Origin: an uncultured Acidobacteriota bacterium
GTDB taxonomy: Bacteria; Acidobacteriota; Blastocatellia; RBC074
NCBI GenBank assembly: GCA_963796275.1
Contig: CAWCKY010000006.1
Span: 1,504,001-1,568,000, forward strand
Length of the DNA stretch: 64,000 nucleotides
Direction: 5' to 3'
Shown: piece by piece, positions 50,845 to 60,249 of the stretch
How the letters are laid out: each line of letters begins with the position of its first letter
How positions within the stretch are numbered: position 1 is the stretch's first letter
Made by a program: the position numbers and the translations under genes
Notes under the pieces: model-generated
What the model saw: the letters and a program-made list of their open reading frames with translations, nothing else
Database searches by the model: none
What the model was told of the DNA's origin: nothing

Positions 50845-50941
50845 TTGTCATTACCCAAAATTTTTGTGCTTTTGGATATCGATCTCAGCCCCTTTGGGGC
50901 TGGGATCGTAATATCCATCAGCGCAAAAGATTTGATGACAA
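50845..50941. other. Long interrupted hairpin (about 97 nt)
   Basis: Inner stem CGATCTCAGCCCC-TTT-GGGGCTGGGATCG, extended by TGGATAT/ATATCCA, TTTTGTGCT/AGCGCAAAA and TTGTCATTA/TGATGACAA. Confidence 0.7.
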
Positions 50942-50972
50942 GGATTTGAGATGCAGGGCGCTCCCGGAAAAA

Positions 50973-51082
50973 CTCACCACAAAAATCACAAAAGTACATC
51001 AAAAGACAAAATGCAACACCAAATCATTCCATATCCACCGCTATTTGTGGTTTTGATGTACTTATGTGATTTTTGTGGTGAG
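50973..51082. repeat. Inverted repeat element, CACAAAA type (about 32-bp near-perfect arms)
   Basis: CTCACCACAAAAATCACAAAAGTACATCAAAA ... TTTTGATGTACTTATGTGATTTTTGTGGTGAG. Confidence 0.88.
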
Positions 51083-51140
51083 ATAAAAAAACACTTCCAT
51101 AATTTACAGGCAGCATCGCTGAGATTTTAGCTGCCGGCCA

Positions 51141-53192
51141 TCAATGTCCTGATACATTGGCCATCTTGCCCGCCATCGGCCACCAACGCACAAGTATAGT
51201 CACGGAACCCTGACCGAAGACCCGCAACACGGCGTAGCGCCAGTTGTTGTTGTGACTCGGCGACTCGATCACTCCGACGCGGTCGCGATAGACGCGCGGA
51301 ATCTCGATCGTGCCGGGGACTCCGGGCATCTCTATCTTGATAATCCGCTCGCTGAATACCTCGCCGTTCCACTGAATCAAACGGGGCGCAAGCCTCTGTG
51401 GACTTTCATCGTCATATGGCGAGCCAGCCTCGCGGTCGTCGTCATCCGGACGGTTCCCGCGTTCCGCCGGGCGTTGTGATTGGCGAGGACTGCTTGAAGT
51501 GTTCCCGCGATCCTCGTAGCCGCCCGCTCTCCGGTCGGAAGCGTTCTGATCTGGTGGATTGCCGTTCTGCGCGCCTCCTTCTCTTCCGGGAGCTTGTGAG
51601 ATGTCAGGTTCGCTTTCCGGTTTCACCACGCGTGTGGCTACGATGGATGGCACCGGCATGGGCGGCGTTTGCGGCTGCGCCTTCGGAGGCAGGGGAAGCC
51701 CACCGTTCGCATCCGCCTGTATTCCTGTATTGTTGGGGCCTATCCCGGGGTCGGTAGTTTTAGCTGCGATGGGCGTTGGATATCCGGACGGCTGTGGTGT
51801 GGGATTCGCCAGGTTGGTCATCTCCTTCAGCCCTTCCTGTAAAAGCCTCGCCGCCGTCTCCATGGCATCGTCATCGCTGCTCAAATCGGCGAGATTCTCC
51901 TCGGCCGCCTGTGTAGCCGTCAGATCGGGCGATGGCGAAGCACCGCCAGCCATCATTTCGGGATTTACCGCCGTCAATCGCGGTTTGGTCAAATGTTTCC
52001 CGAGCAATACTCCGCCGGCCGTGAGCAGCAGGAGAACGGCGGCGGCGACCGATGCGCGACGCCACCGGCGACGCCGCGCGACCCTCAGACTCTCATCGGA
52101 TGATTCATCGAGAGAGGACTCGGATAAGCCATTACTTTTGGCGAAGGCCAGATCCAACCGCTCGACTATCGTTTCAGTTTTCAGCGGAATGATTATCTGG
52201 TTCGACATGGCCGCCCGCAATTCGCGCGCGAGCTCTCCGACGCTTTGCTGACGCTCCCCCGGGTTCTTAGCCAGCGCCCTGAGTATTACTCTCTCCATCC
52301 CGGACGGCAGATAAGGGTTGATCGTGCGGAGCGAAATGGGTTGTGATTGAATCTGATTGAGCGCGACTTCCGTGGGAGTCCGGCCGGTGAATGGCCGCTG
52401 CCCAGTCAGCATCTCGTAGAGCATTACGCCGAGCGAATAGATATCAGTGCGATAATCGAGCGGTCGGTTCTGGCATTGTTCGGGAGACGCATAGGCGACG
52501 GTTCCGCTCATCACCGAATAACGAGTGAATGGCGGCGCGCCGGGCGGCTGCGGGAATTTGGCGATGCCGAAGTCTATCAATTTGGTGACAGTCTGCATCG
52601 CATTCTCTCGAGTGATTACCGAATCAATAAAGATATTGCGGGGATTGATGTCCCGATGCACGATCCCGCGCGAATGCACTTCTTTCAAGCCCGAGATGAT
52701 CTCAAAAGCAATATGGAGGGTTTCAGGCAATTCGATGCGTCTTCGTCTGGTGATTTCATCTCGCAATGTCCGGCCGCGCAGATATTCCATCACCACGTAT
52801 CGCAGGTCATCATTGATCATTCCGGTGCCGTGAAAACCCACTATGTTCGGGTGATCGATGCTAACGAGCGTCTCCGCTTCGCACCGCATACGGTCGATCA
52901 TCTCTCCCCAATAACTGCGTGCCTCGAGAGAATCGATATCGTAGCTGAGATCGCGACGTACGAGCTGGGCCGGGTCGCTGATTTTAATGACGACGACCTG
53001 ATCGGAAAATAAATCAGTCGCTGCGAATACGGTCGAAAGACCTCCCTGACCTAATCGACGATCAATGCGATAGCGGCCGTCAATGATCTGACTAATGAGT
53101 TGATCGAAGTCGGGTTCATGAACTTGTGCACAATGTTGGCAGAAGACCGCGAGGTTGTGAAGATCGCCGAAACAACGAGCACAGCGACTCAT
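51141..53192 (-). CDS. Hanks-type Ser/Thr protein kinase with N-terminal Zn ribbon, TM helix and Pro-rich C-terminus
   Basis: CARC..CQHC, LGQGGLSTV, VIK, HRDINPRN, IDFG, YASPEQ, DIYSLG. Confidence 0.9.
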   Translation of the reverse strand: MSRCARCFGDLHNLAVFCQHCAQVHEPDFDQLISQIIDGRYRIDRRLGQGGLSTVFAATDLFSDQVVVIKISDPAQLVRRDLSYDIDSLEARSYWGEMIDRMRCEAETLVSIDHPNIVGFHGTGMINDDLRYVVMEYLRGRTLRDEITRRRRIELPETLHIAFEIISGLKEVHSRGIVHRDINPRNIFIDSVITRENAMQTVTKLIDFGIAKFPQPPGAPPFTRYSVMSGTVAYASPEQCQNRPLDYRTDIYSLGVMLYEMLTGQRPFTGRTPTEVALNQIQSQPISLRTINPYLPSGMERVILRALAKNPGERQQSVGELARELRAAMSNQIIIPLKTETIVERLDLAFAKSNGLSESSLDESSDESLRVARRRRWRRASVAAAVLLLLTAGGVLLGKHLTKPRLTAVNPEMMAGGASPSPDLTATQAAEENLADLSSDDDAMETAARLLQEGLKEMTNLANPTPQPSGYPTPIAAKTTDPGIGPNNTGIQADANGGLPLPPKAQPQTPPMPVPSIVATRVVKPESEPDISQAPGREGGAQNGNPPDQNASDRRAGGYEDRGNTSSSPRQSQRPAERGNRPDDDDREAGSPYDDESPQRLAPRLIQWNGEVFSERIIKIEMPGVPGTIEIPRVYRDRVGVIESPSHNNNWRYAVLRVFGQGSVTILVRWWPMAGKMANVSGH

Positions 53193-53328
53193 TTCTTTCT
53201 CCTTAAAATCGTATTGTTAAGAGGAGAAAATTCAAGGGGTGAGCTGAGTATAGGTGAAAGGTGAATGTGACACAATCGAAAAAAACGCAGCCGTCGAAAA
53301 ATTTTGTAATGAAATTTTCACCTGACAA

Positions 53329-53423
53329 ATTCATCACTAAACACATAAAAGGAAGGTCACAAGGGGGCTTTTCTTATTTCTAACTTTACGTTCTTTTGTT
53401 AATTTTGTGTTTCTGTGATGAAT
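53329..53423. repeat. Degenerate inverted repeat element upstream of kinase
   Basis: ATTCATCACTAAACACATAAA ... TTTTGTGTTTCTGTGATGAAT. Confidence 0.5.
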
Positions 53424-53499
53424 CATTCCTTCTATTTATCCATACTACTTAATGAGGGTTGTACAAATTAAAGTTGGTTATTCTCAACAATTTTGATTG

Positions 53500-53648
53500 G
53501 CTCCGGAGGACCTGATTTATATAACATTCGATAACCCAAGTCTCACAAGCGCCGGAGGAGCGACAAATGAATGCCGATATATCGCTCCTCCGAAGCTTGC
53601 GAAATATGTGAGGACGAATTCTATAACCATCCCGCGCCTCTGGCGGGC
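53500..53648. repeat. REP/REPIN-like palindromic element
   Basis: GCTCCGGAGGA half-site, then stem CGGAGGAGCGA (53553-63) / TCGCTCCTCCG (53582-92) with outer CAAGC/GCTTG. Confidence 0.6.
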
Positions 53649-53702
53649 AGGACCGATAACGTTGATTTCAAGGACCTTTTTATATGCAGATTCTTCATTT
53701 AT

Positions 53703-54131
53703 TTATTTTTTGCCGGGAAGCTTTGCATCTACTGAAACCTTCCCGCCACCCAAGATCAGCAATGTCGCTGCCATGCCGAGCAGGGCATATGGGTATTCGA
53801 ATCCTCCCTGGGATTGGAAGAAGCCATTGTTCCAATGCACTCCGGCAACCGCAACCGCCATCACGCATGCGATGAAGAATGCTCCAACCCGCGTAAGGAG
53901 CCCTATCAAGACCAACAAGCCGCCCAGGAGTTCGGAGAATGCGGCCGCGCCGAGCCATATCCACGGCGGGTTGAGATCGAGCGGGGCGATTCCCGATACC
54001 CATGCATCGAGACCTTTCCCGCCCCAGACGCCCAGGACTTTCTGCGCGCCGTGTGCAAACATTATCGTGCCCAGGGCGAGCCGGATCGGAATAGTCGCCC
54101 AGGTTTGTGTCGTTGCAGTTAAAATTGACAT
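53703..54131 (-). CDS. DoxX family membrane protein
   Basis: RLALG.IMFAHGAQK, ELLGG...GLLTR, GFEYP, GGGKVSVD; RBS GAGGTG. Confidence 0.9.
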   Translation of the reverse strand: MSILTATTQTWATIPIRLALGTIMFAHGAQKVLGVWGGKGLDAWVSGIAPLDLNPPWIWLGAAAFSELLGGLLVLIGLLTRVGAFFIACVMAVAVAGVHWNNGFFQSQGGFEYPYALLGMAATLLILGGGKVSVDAKLPGKK

Positions 54132-54156
54132 TGTCATCACCTCAGTTCTGTGATTT

Positions 54157-56457
54157 GTGGGAATTGTTCCGGAGCATGAAAGGAAATCTATCTTGTTTTG
54201 TAAAGACTTGCGCAAGATATTCTGCATTATCTCTTTATTCATTTGCACTTTGAAGATCGACGCTCAGACTGTTCAAGAAGCCGAACGCGAGACGGAAAAA
54301 CCGGGCGTGTCGGCAGCTGCCGCGCAAACGAATCCGCTCAAGATCGGTCTGGTTCTGAGCGGCGGCGGGGCGCGCGGCATTGCGCACGTCGGGGTACTCA
54401 AATGGTTCGATGAACATCGCATACCGGTCGACCTGGTGGCCGGGACGAGCATGGGCGGGCTCGTCGGCGCTCTCCACGCAATGGGCAGCTCTCCCGCCGA
54501 GATGCGTGAGATATTAAATTCAATCGATTGGGATGAGATGTTAAGCACCGGGCCGAGTTTCCGACAGTTATCGTTCCGCCGCAAAGAGGATCGCAGGGCT
54601 TATCCATCGAAGATCGAATTGGGTCTGCGTCACGGGGTTGCCCTGCCGCTCGGGCTCAGCACGGATCACTATATCGGGCTCTTATTCGATCGCTTGACCC
54701 TGCCATACGCTGGGATCGGCAGCTTCGACGATCTGCCGACGCCGTTCCGCTGTGTGGCCACGGATTTTCTCAAGGGCGAGTCGGTTGTGCTCAAGGATGG
54801 CTCGCTCGCTTCCGCGATGCGCGCGACCATGTCGATACCGGGCGTCTTCCGGCCGGTGGAACGCGACGGCAGAGTCCTGGTCGACGGCGGTCTGCTCAAC
54901 AATATTCCGACCGACGTAATTAAAGAGCTGCACCCCGACGTCGTTATCGCGGTCGATGTCGGAGCGCCGCTGGGCGACATCGACTCAATCGCCTCCCTGG
55001 CGGGCGTCCTATCCCAGTCAGTCAGTATTATGCTGGTCGAAAGCGATCGTCGTAATCTCCGTCTCGCGGACATCATCATAGCGCCGGAGCTGGGAAATCA
55101 TTCGTTCCTCGATTTCTCGGCGACCGATAGAATTATCGAGATCGGCTATCAAGCGGCGAATCAGAAGGCGGCAATCCTGAAAAAGTTCGCACTCGACGAA
55201 CAGGAATGGAATGAATATCTGGCGCGGCGCAGGTCCAAAAAGCGCACCGCTGTGCCTGTGCCGGATGCCCTCGTGATCACCGGTGTGCCGGCGAGCGCCC
55301 AAAAGAGGTTGCGAAACAAGCTGAGCGATTTCGTGGGAGAGCCGCTCGAGCCGCAGAAGCTCGAGACCGAGTTGACCAGGATTACGGGGCAAGGCAAGTA
55401 CGAAGGCCTCGAGTACACGGTCATGCCGGGCAGCGGGGGGTCGAATCTGAACCTCTTGCAGATCAGCGTCAAAGAAAAATATTCTGCGCCGCCGACCCTG
55501 AATTTCGGGCTGGAGGTCGATGGCTCCGAGGTCGATGAAATCAACTTCATCATCGGAGGGCGGTTGACTCTTTATGACATCGGAAAGTACGGCGCCGAGT
55601 GGAGGTCGGATATCAGACTGGGATCTTCCAATCTCTTTGCGTCGGAATATTTCTACCCGCTCGGTACCAGCGGTCTCTTTGCGGCCCCGCGCGCTGGCTA
55701 CCGGCGGGAAACATTCAACATTTTCCAGGGCGATGCGAACATCGCTGAATATCAAGAGGATGGATATGGCGCCGGATTCGACCTGGGCTATGTGAAGCGT
55801 CTCAGTGAATTGAGAGTCGGGTATGAGATAGGTCGAGTCGATGCCACCGTTCGCACGGGAAATGCCTCCGCGTTGCCATCCGCCGACGGCACGCTCAGCC
55901 TGGCCCGGGCTCGGTGGAGCTTCGATGGTCAGAACAGCGCGACCATACCGACGAGAGGGTTCCGGTTCATCGCTGAGGGGCGCTATTATTTTCAAACCCC
56001 GCCGGTGCCCAATAATTTTACGCAGGCAGAGATCAAGTTATCGACTTTTCAACCGGTGAACCGTCGCGGCACGCTATTTTTCGCAGGCTCGGGCGGGACA
56101 TCGTTCAACCAGCAGAATGTGGGGACCCAACTGTTCACGCTCGGCGGCCCTTTTCGGCTGGGAGCTTATGATCGTGACGAATTCCGTGGTAACCACTATC
56201 TGTTGCTATCCACCGGATATCTCCGCACGTTGTCGCAACTTCCTTCTCTTATTGGGGGGAGGGTCTATGCAACTGGCTGGTATGATTTCGGCGGAGCTTT
56301 CGGCGGACTTAACGCGAATACTCTTAACAACCGCTACCGTAGTGCTGTATCGGCGGGGCTGTTGGCCGATACCATTTTGGGTCCGGTTGCATTGATCGGC
56401 AGTTTCGGCGAGGGCGGGCAAGGCAAAATCTACTTTGCCGTCGGAAAATTTTTCTGA
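54157..56457 (+). CDS. Patatin-like phospholipase fused to POTRA/BamA-type barrel (PlpD-like)
   Basis: SGGGARG, GTSMG, DGG motifs; amphipathic beta-strand C-terminus ending in Phe. True start is probably somewhat downstream. Confidence 0.85.
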   Translation: MGIVPEHERKSILFCKDLRKIFCIISLFICTLKIDAQTVQEAERETEKPGVSAAAAQTNPLKIGLVLSGGGARGIAHVGVLKWFDEHRIPVDLVAGTSMGGLVGALHAMGSSPAEMREILNSIDWDEMLSTGPSFRQLSFRRKEDRRAYPSKIELGLRHGVALPLGLSTDHYIGLLFDRLTLPYAGIGSFDDLPTPFRCVATDFLKGESVVLKDGSLASAMRATMSIPGVFRPVERDGRVLVDGGLLNNIPTDVIKELHPDVVIAVDVGAPLGDIDSIASLAGVLSQSVSIMLVESDRRNLRLADIIIAPELGNHSFLDFSATDRIIEIGYQAANQKAAILKKFALDEQEWNEYLARRRSKKRTAVPVPDALVITGVPASAQKRLRNKLSDFVGEPLEPQKLETELTRITGQGKYEGLEYTVMPGSGGSNLNLLQISVKEKYSAPPTLNFGLEVDGSEVDEINFIIGGRLTLYDIGKYGAEWRSDIRLGSSNLFASEYFYPLGTSGLFAAPRAGYRRETFNIFQGDANIAEYQEDGYGAGFDLGYVKRLSELRVGYEIGRVDATVRTGNASALPSADGTLSLARARWSFDGQNSATIPTRGFRFIAEGRYYFQTPPVPNNFTQAEIKLSTFQPVNRRGTLFFAGSGGTSFNQQNVGTQLFTLGGPFRLGAYDRDEFRGNHYLLLSTGYLRTLSQLPSLIGGRVYATGWYDFGGAFGGLNANTLNNRYRSAVSAGLLADTILGPVALIGSFGEGGQGKIYFAVGKFF

Positions 56458-56500
56458 TCGTTCCGGACGTTCGGTGTTGGATGACTGCCGTATTCGACGA

Positions 56501-56529
56501 GGGATGCGCAGGTTTACGCGGCGCATCCC
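56501..56529. terminator. Stem-loop between convergent genes
   Basis: GGGATGCGC ... GCGCATCCC 9-bp stem. Confidence 0.6.
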
Positions 56530-56564
56530 CTTGTTTCGTAAAGCTCAGGAAATCAGGCTACGCA

Positions 56565-57521
56565 TTACAATCCGCGGCTGACCAGCATCCTGACTTCAAC
56601 CCGCCTGTTCATTTTTCTTCCTTCGGCCGTATTATCATCCGCCACACTTCTGGTAGCTCCGTAACCTATCGGCGTGACGATTCGACGCATAGGGATATTG
56701 CCGTTAATCGCCAGATACTTAACAACCGTATCGGCACGGCGCTGGCTCAAGGCGAGATTCTTGTTCGGATCGCCGGTTGAATCGGCGAAACCGGCTACTT
56801 CAACCATATACCCTTTGGCGTTTAATGCTTGTTGCGAGAGGTCATCGAGCGCTTGCTTATCTTCAGCCGTGAGCGCGTAACTGTTGACCGCAAAATAGAC
56901 GGTCTTCTCAGCCTTCACGTCGAAGTTGTCCAGCCCCGATATCCGTTCGTTTGTAGCATCGATCCGCTTGTTCGCCGCCACCACTCCCTCATTAGCTTTC
57001 GCCGCATCGCTGCGCGCGTCTTTGGAGACGGCCTCAACTTCCGCGACCTGTCCCGAAAGCTTTTTGTTCGCATCCTCGACCGGACTGACGCGCGAGTCCA
57101 CAGTCATCGCAGTCTTCAAATCAGATTCATTGAAGCGAACCTTCTCCGCAACGAGCTGCCCTTTCTCGTTACCTTTGCCTTCAACCTCAACGACGAGGCC
57201 GCGCACGAGCGAGGTCACCGCGTATTCTTGCCCTCGGCGGAAGATTCCCAGCCCTTTTTTGTTCGTCTTCACGCTGGTCGTGTCAGTCAGAAGAACAACG
57301 GTTTTCCCTCCGGCCGTATCGCTAATGGTGATTGCATCTACGTCCCGCTCGCTAATTCGACCACTGATCTTCGTCTTCTCGCCCGCCGTTATAGTTTTCG
57401 ATTGCGCCGCTGCTGCCGCGTCGTTTAAAAGCGATGAGCCATTGGCCGCGATCATCGCTGCGGTAACTAAAAACAGAATCATAACTAAATGCCACGATCT
57501 TGCTTTTCTGTTGGTCATCAT
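56565..57521 (-). CDS. OmpA-family peptidoglycan-binding protein
   Basis: RBS AAGGAGGT; signal peptide; GFADSTG..NLALSQRRA, GYG, NRRVE. Confidence 0.9.
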   Translation of the reverse strand: MMTNRKARSWHLVMILFLVTAAMIAANGSSLLNDAAAAAQSKTITAGEKTKISGRISERDVDAITISDTAGGKTVVLLTDTTSVKTNKKGLGIFRRGQEYAVTSLVRGLVVEVEGKGNEKGQLVAEKVRFNESDLKTAMTVDSRVSPVEDANKKLSGQVAEVEAVSKDARSDAAKANEGVVAANKRIDATNERISGLDNFDVKAEKTVYFAVNSYALTAEDKQALDDLSQQALNAKGYMVEVAGFADSTGDPNKNLALSQRRADTVVKYLAINGNIPMRRIVTPIGYGATRSVADDNTAEGRKMNRRVEVRMLVSRGL

Positions 57522-57741
57522 AATATCTACCTCCTTATCCTTCAGAATTATATGGGTGGCCAAAAGTGCAGAACACTGTCAATATCGACAGTGTTCCCCC
57601 TGACAAAACTGACAGGAGGATAGAAACTATTTTTCATCAGGCATAGCAGGGAGATAAGAGCTAGATCATCAACCTCTGTAATCTCTTTCTATCATTTGCA
57701 CAGGACCGGATTCGAAACGGCATGGACTTGCTGTGAACTCA

Positions 57742-57784
57742 TTGACGGACTTGACGTCCGAGCATAAGCTTACCGTGCGGTAAG
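57742..57784 (+). promoter_or_regulatory. Sigma-70-type promoter overlapped by a palindromic operator
   Basis: TTGACG-17nt-TAAGCT; CTTACCG-TG-CGGTAAG at 57769-57784. Confidence 0.55.
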
Positions 57785-57809
57785 TAAGCTATAAACCGAT
57801 GTGGTGGCG

Positions 57810-58580
57810 ATGACAGACTTCGTTAATCAGCATTCGATCGTCCGCTCTATTTGGGGGAATTCCGACCTGATCCTCCTGGTATTTGCCGGGGCGGCGGCGG
57901 AATTCGCGCTCAACCGCTCAGTCGATTGGTTGTTCTTCACCGGCCGTTTACCGCAAGACCCAATCGGCCGGCTGTTTTCGACGGCACGGTTCGCTCAAGA
58001 GATTGCCTTTGTGGACGAGGTTACTGCGATGCGGACGCTCGACCGCATTACGGCCATTCATCAGTCAGTGGAAGGGGACCGCGGCGCGCGCATACCGGAT
58101 TGGGCTTATCGCGATGTTCTCTATTTGCTGATCGATTATTCCGAGCGGGCGCACCGCCTGCTCTACCGCCCGCTGACGAGTCCTGAAAAGCACGACCTCT
58201 ACGACGTTTTCCATCGAATTGGCGATGGGCTGCATATTTCTGAACTGCCGTCTTCTTACGAGGAGTATCGCATCGACCGGAAACTTCACCTCGAACGCGA
58301 TCTGGAATATAGCCGTTACACTGCGCGTATGTACGAACAGTATCGGCTTAACCTCGGTTGGTGGCGCTACGAATTCCTTTTGCAGGTGCAGGCTGTGTTA
58401 GTGCCTGAACGGGTGCGCCAGTTGCTGAAGATGGAGCAGACGCCACTTCTCAGTGAGATCATCGGTTTGTATGGAAAATTGGGAGCGCTCGGTTTGAAAT
58501 CGATCGTTCAAACCTGTCTCCTGCCGGCCGGTTATCTGGGCGAGATCGGTCAATTCGATCGCCTTAAATCGGATTCTTAA
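57810..58580 (+). CDS. Oxygenase MpaB / DUF2236-like protein
   Basis: SIVRSIWG, DPIGRLFST, I.AIH..VE pattern resembling the MpaB/Lcp-type fold. Confidence 0.7.
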   Translation: MTDFVNQHSIVRSIWGNSDLILLVFAGAAAEFALNRSVDWLFFTGRLPQDPIGRLFSTARFAQEIAFVDEVTAMRTLDRITAIHQSVEGDRGARIPDWAYRDVLYLLIDYSERAHRLLYRPLTSPEKHDLYDVFHRIGDGLHISELPSSYEEYRIDRKLHLERDLEYSRYTARMYEQYRLNLGWWRYEFLLQVQAVLVPERVRQLLKMEQTPLLSEIIGLYGKLGALGLKSIVQTCLLPAGYLGEIGQFDRLKSDS

Positions 58581-58794
58581 CCGTTGTCATTCACCATCTC
58601 TTTGCACGTAAGACGCAATTTTCTTCGCCGCGTAACGACAACGTGAATTAAGCCCCGGATATCAACCCCTTGTCGTTACCTGATAGCAGCCTGCATTCGC
58701 GGGCTGCTTTCGTGCAAAATTTGATGACAATATCTCAACCCACCGGGACGCATGAAATCCCGGCATCCGATGTGCCTCGAGAGGATATTTGAGT

Positions 58795-60183
58795 ATGAAA
58801 GCAGAGCCATCTGTAGTACCCGTCCCCGCTGAAAGCGAGCATCCTTATCCCGCACCGAATTATGCCTGGTATGTGGTCGGCGTGCTTACGCTGTTCTATA
58901 TCTTTTCATTCATCGACCGGCAGATTCTCAACTTGATGGTGGGACCCATACGCCGCGATCTGGGAATCAGCGATACTCAGATAAGTCTGTTGATGGGGTT
59001 CGGTTTTGCGGTCTTCTATGCTTTATTCGGGATCCCCCTCGGCCGCCTCGCCGATAGCCGCAGCCGCCGTACGATCATTGCGGTCGGATTCGTTTTCTGG
59101 AGCCTGATGACGGCCGGATGCGGGCTCGCGCGTAACTTCTGGCAGATGCTGCTCCTGCGTATGGGCGTGGGGGTGGGAGAAGCGGCGCTCTCACCCTCTG
59201 CTTACTCGATCCTCTCCGACTACTTTCCCAGAGAGCGCAGGGCGACGGCCATCAGCGTCTACTCGATGGGAATCTATATCGGTTCGGGGCTGGCCTTCCT
59301 GCTGGGAGGGTTGGTAATCGCTTATGCATCGACACAAGATGTCTGGCGTCTTCCGGTCGTAGGTGAGACGCGGCCCTGGCAGGTGATCTTCTTCATCGTC
59401 GGGCTGCCCGGCGTGTTGTTGGCACTGCTGGCGTATACGGTGCGCGAACCAATGAGGCGCGGATTGCGAATGGTGAGATCAAATGACGGCATGCTGATAT
59501 CGACCCAGGTTCCGCTCGGCGAGGTATACGCCTATATTCTCAAGAACTGGCAGACCTTCGTTTGCCATACGGTTGGCTTCGCTTTGCTCTCGTTTTCATC
59601 CTATGGGACTTCAGCGTGGGTCCCGACGATGTTCGTACGCAACCATGGCTGGAGCGCATCGCGGGCGGGGATTGTATACGGTGCAATAGTCATGGTATTC
59701 GCCACTCTGGGTGTGGTTGCCGGCGGCTGGGTGGCCGACAAAATGGTCGCGCGCGGCCGCCGCGATGCAACGATGCGCATCGGATTGATCGTCGCCGTCG
59801 CATGGTTCCCCTTCGGGCTGCTATATCCCATCGTCGCCGACGCGAGCCTTGCCGCAGCGCTCCTGGTGCCTTCTGTGTTTCTGGCCAGCGCGCCGTTCGG
59901 CGTAGCCCCCGCGGCAATCCAACAAATCATGCCCAACGAGATGCGGGGGCAGGCATCGGCGATCTATCTCTTCGTCGTCAACCTCATCGGCCTCGGGGTG
60001 GGACCAACCGCAGTTGCAATGACTACGGACTATGTCTTTCGCGACGACAATGCGGTCAATTATTCGCTGCTCATAGTGTGCTCGATCGCGCACGTCGTTT
60101 CAGCCCTTCTTCTGTGGGCCGGGCTGAAGCCATTTGTGCAAAGCCTGGATAGACTGAAACAGTGGATAGCCGACCCGATTTGA
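58795..60183 (+). CDS. MFS transporter (spinster-like)
   Basis: SFIDRQ, GRLADSRSRR, GVGEA, about 12 TM segments. Confidence 0.92.
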   Translation: MKAEPSVVPVPAESEHPYPAPNYAWYVVGVLTLFYIFSFIDRQILNLMVGPIRRDLGISDTQISLLMGFGFAVFYALFGIPLGRLADSRSRRTIIAVGFVFWSLMTAGCGLARNFWQMLLLRMGVGVGEAALSPSAYSILSDYFPRERRATAISVYSMGIYIGSGLAFLLGGLVIAYASTQDVWRLPVVGETRPWQVIFFIVGLPGVLLALLAYTVREPMRRGLRMVRSNDGMLISTQVPLGEVYAYILKNWQTFVCHTVGFALLSFSSYGTSAWVPTMFVRNHGWSASRAGIVYGAIVMVFATLGVVAGGWVADKMVARGRRDATMRIGLIVAVAWFPFGLLYPIVADASLAAALLVPSVFLASAPFGVAPAAIQQIMPNEMRGQASAIYLFVVNLIGLGVGPTAVAMTTDYVFRDDNAVNYSLLIVCSIAHVVSALLLWAGLKPFVQSLDRLKQWIADPI

Positions 60184-60249
60184 TCGGAGGATCGACAAAC
60201 ATAGAACAGAAAGAGGCTCTCCAGCTGTTTACGATAAGTTTTATGGCGA

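Noticed and set aside
53497-54153. 218-aa + strand ORF
   Set aside because: Runs through a REP-like element and antisense to doxX.
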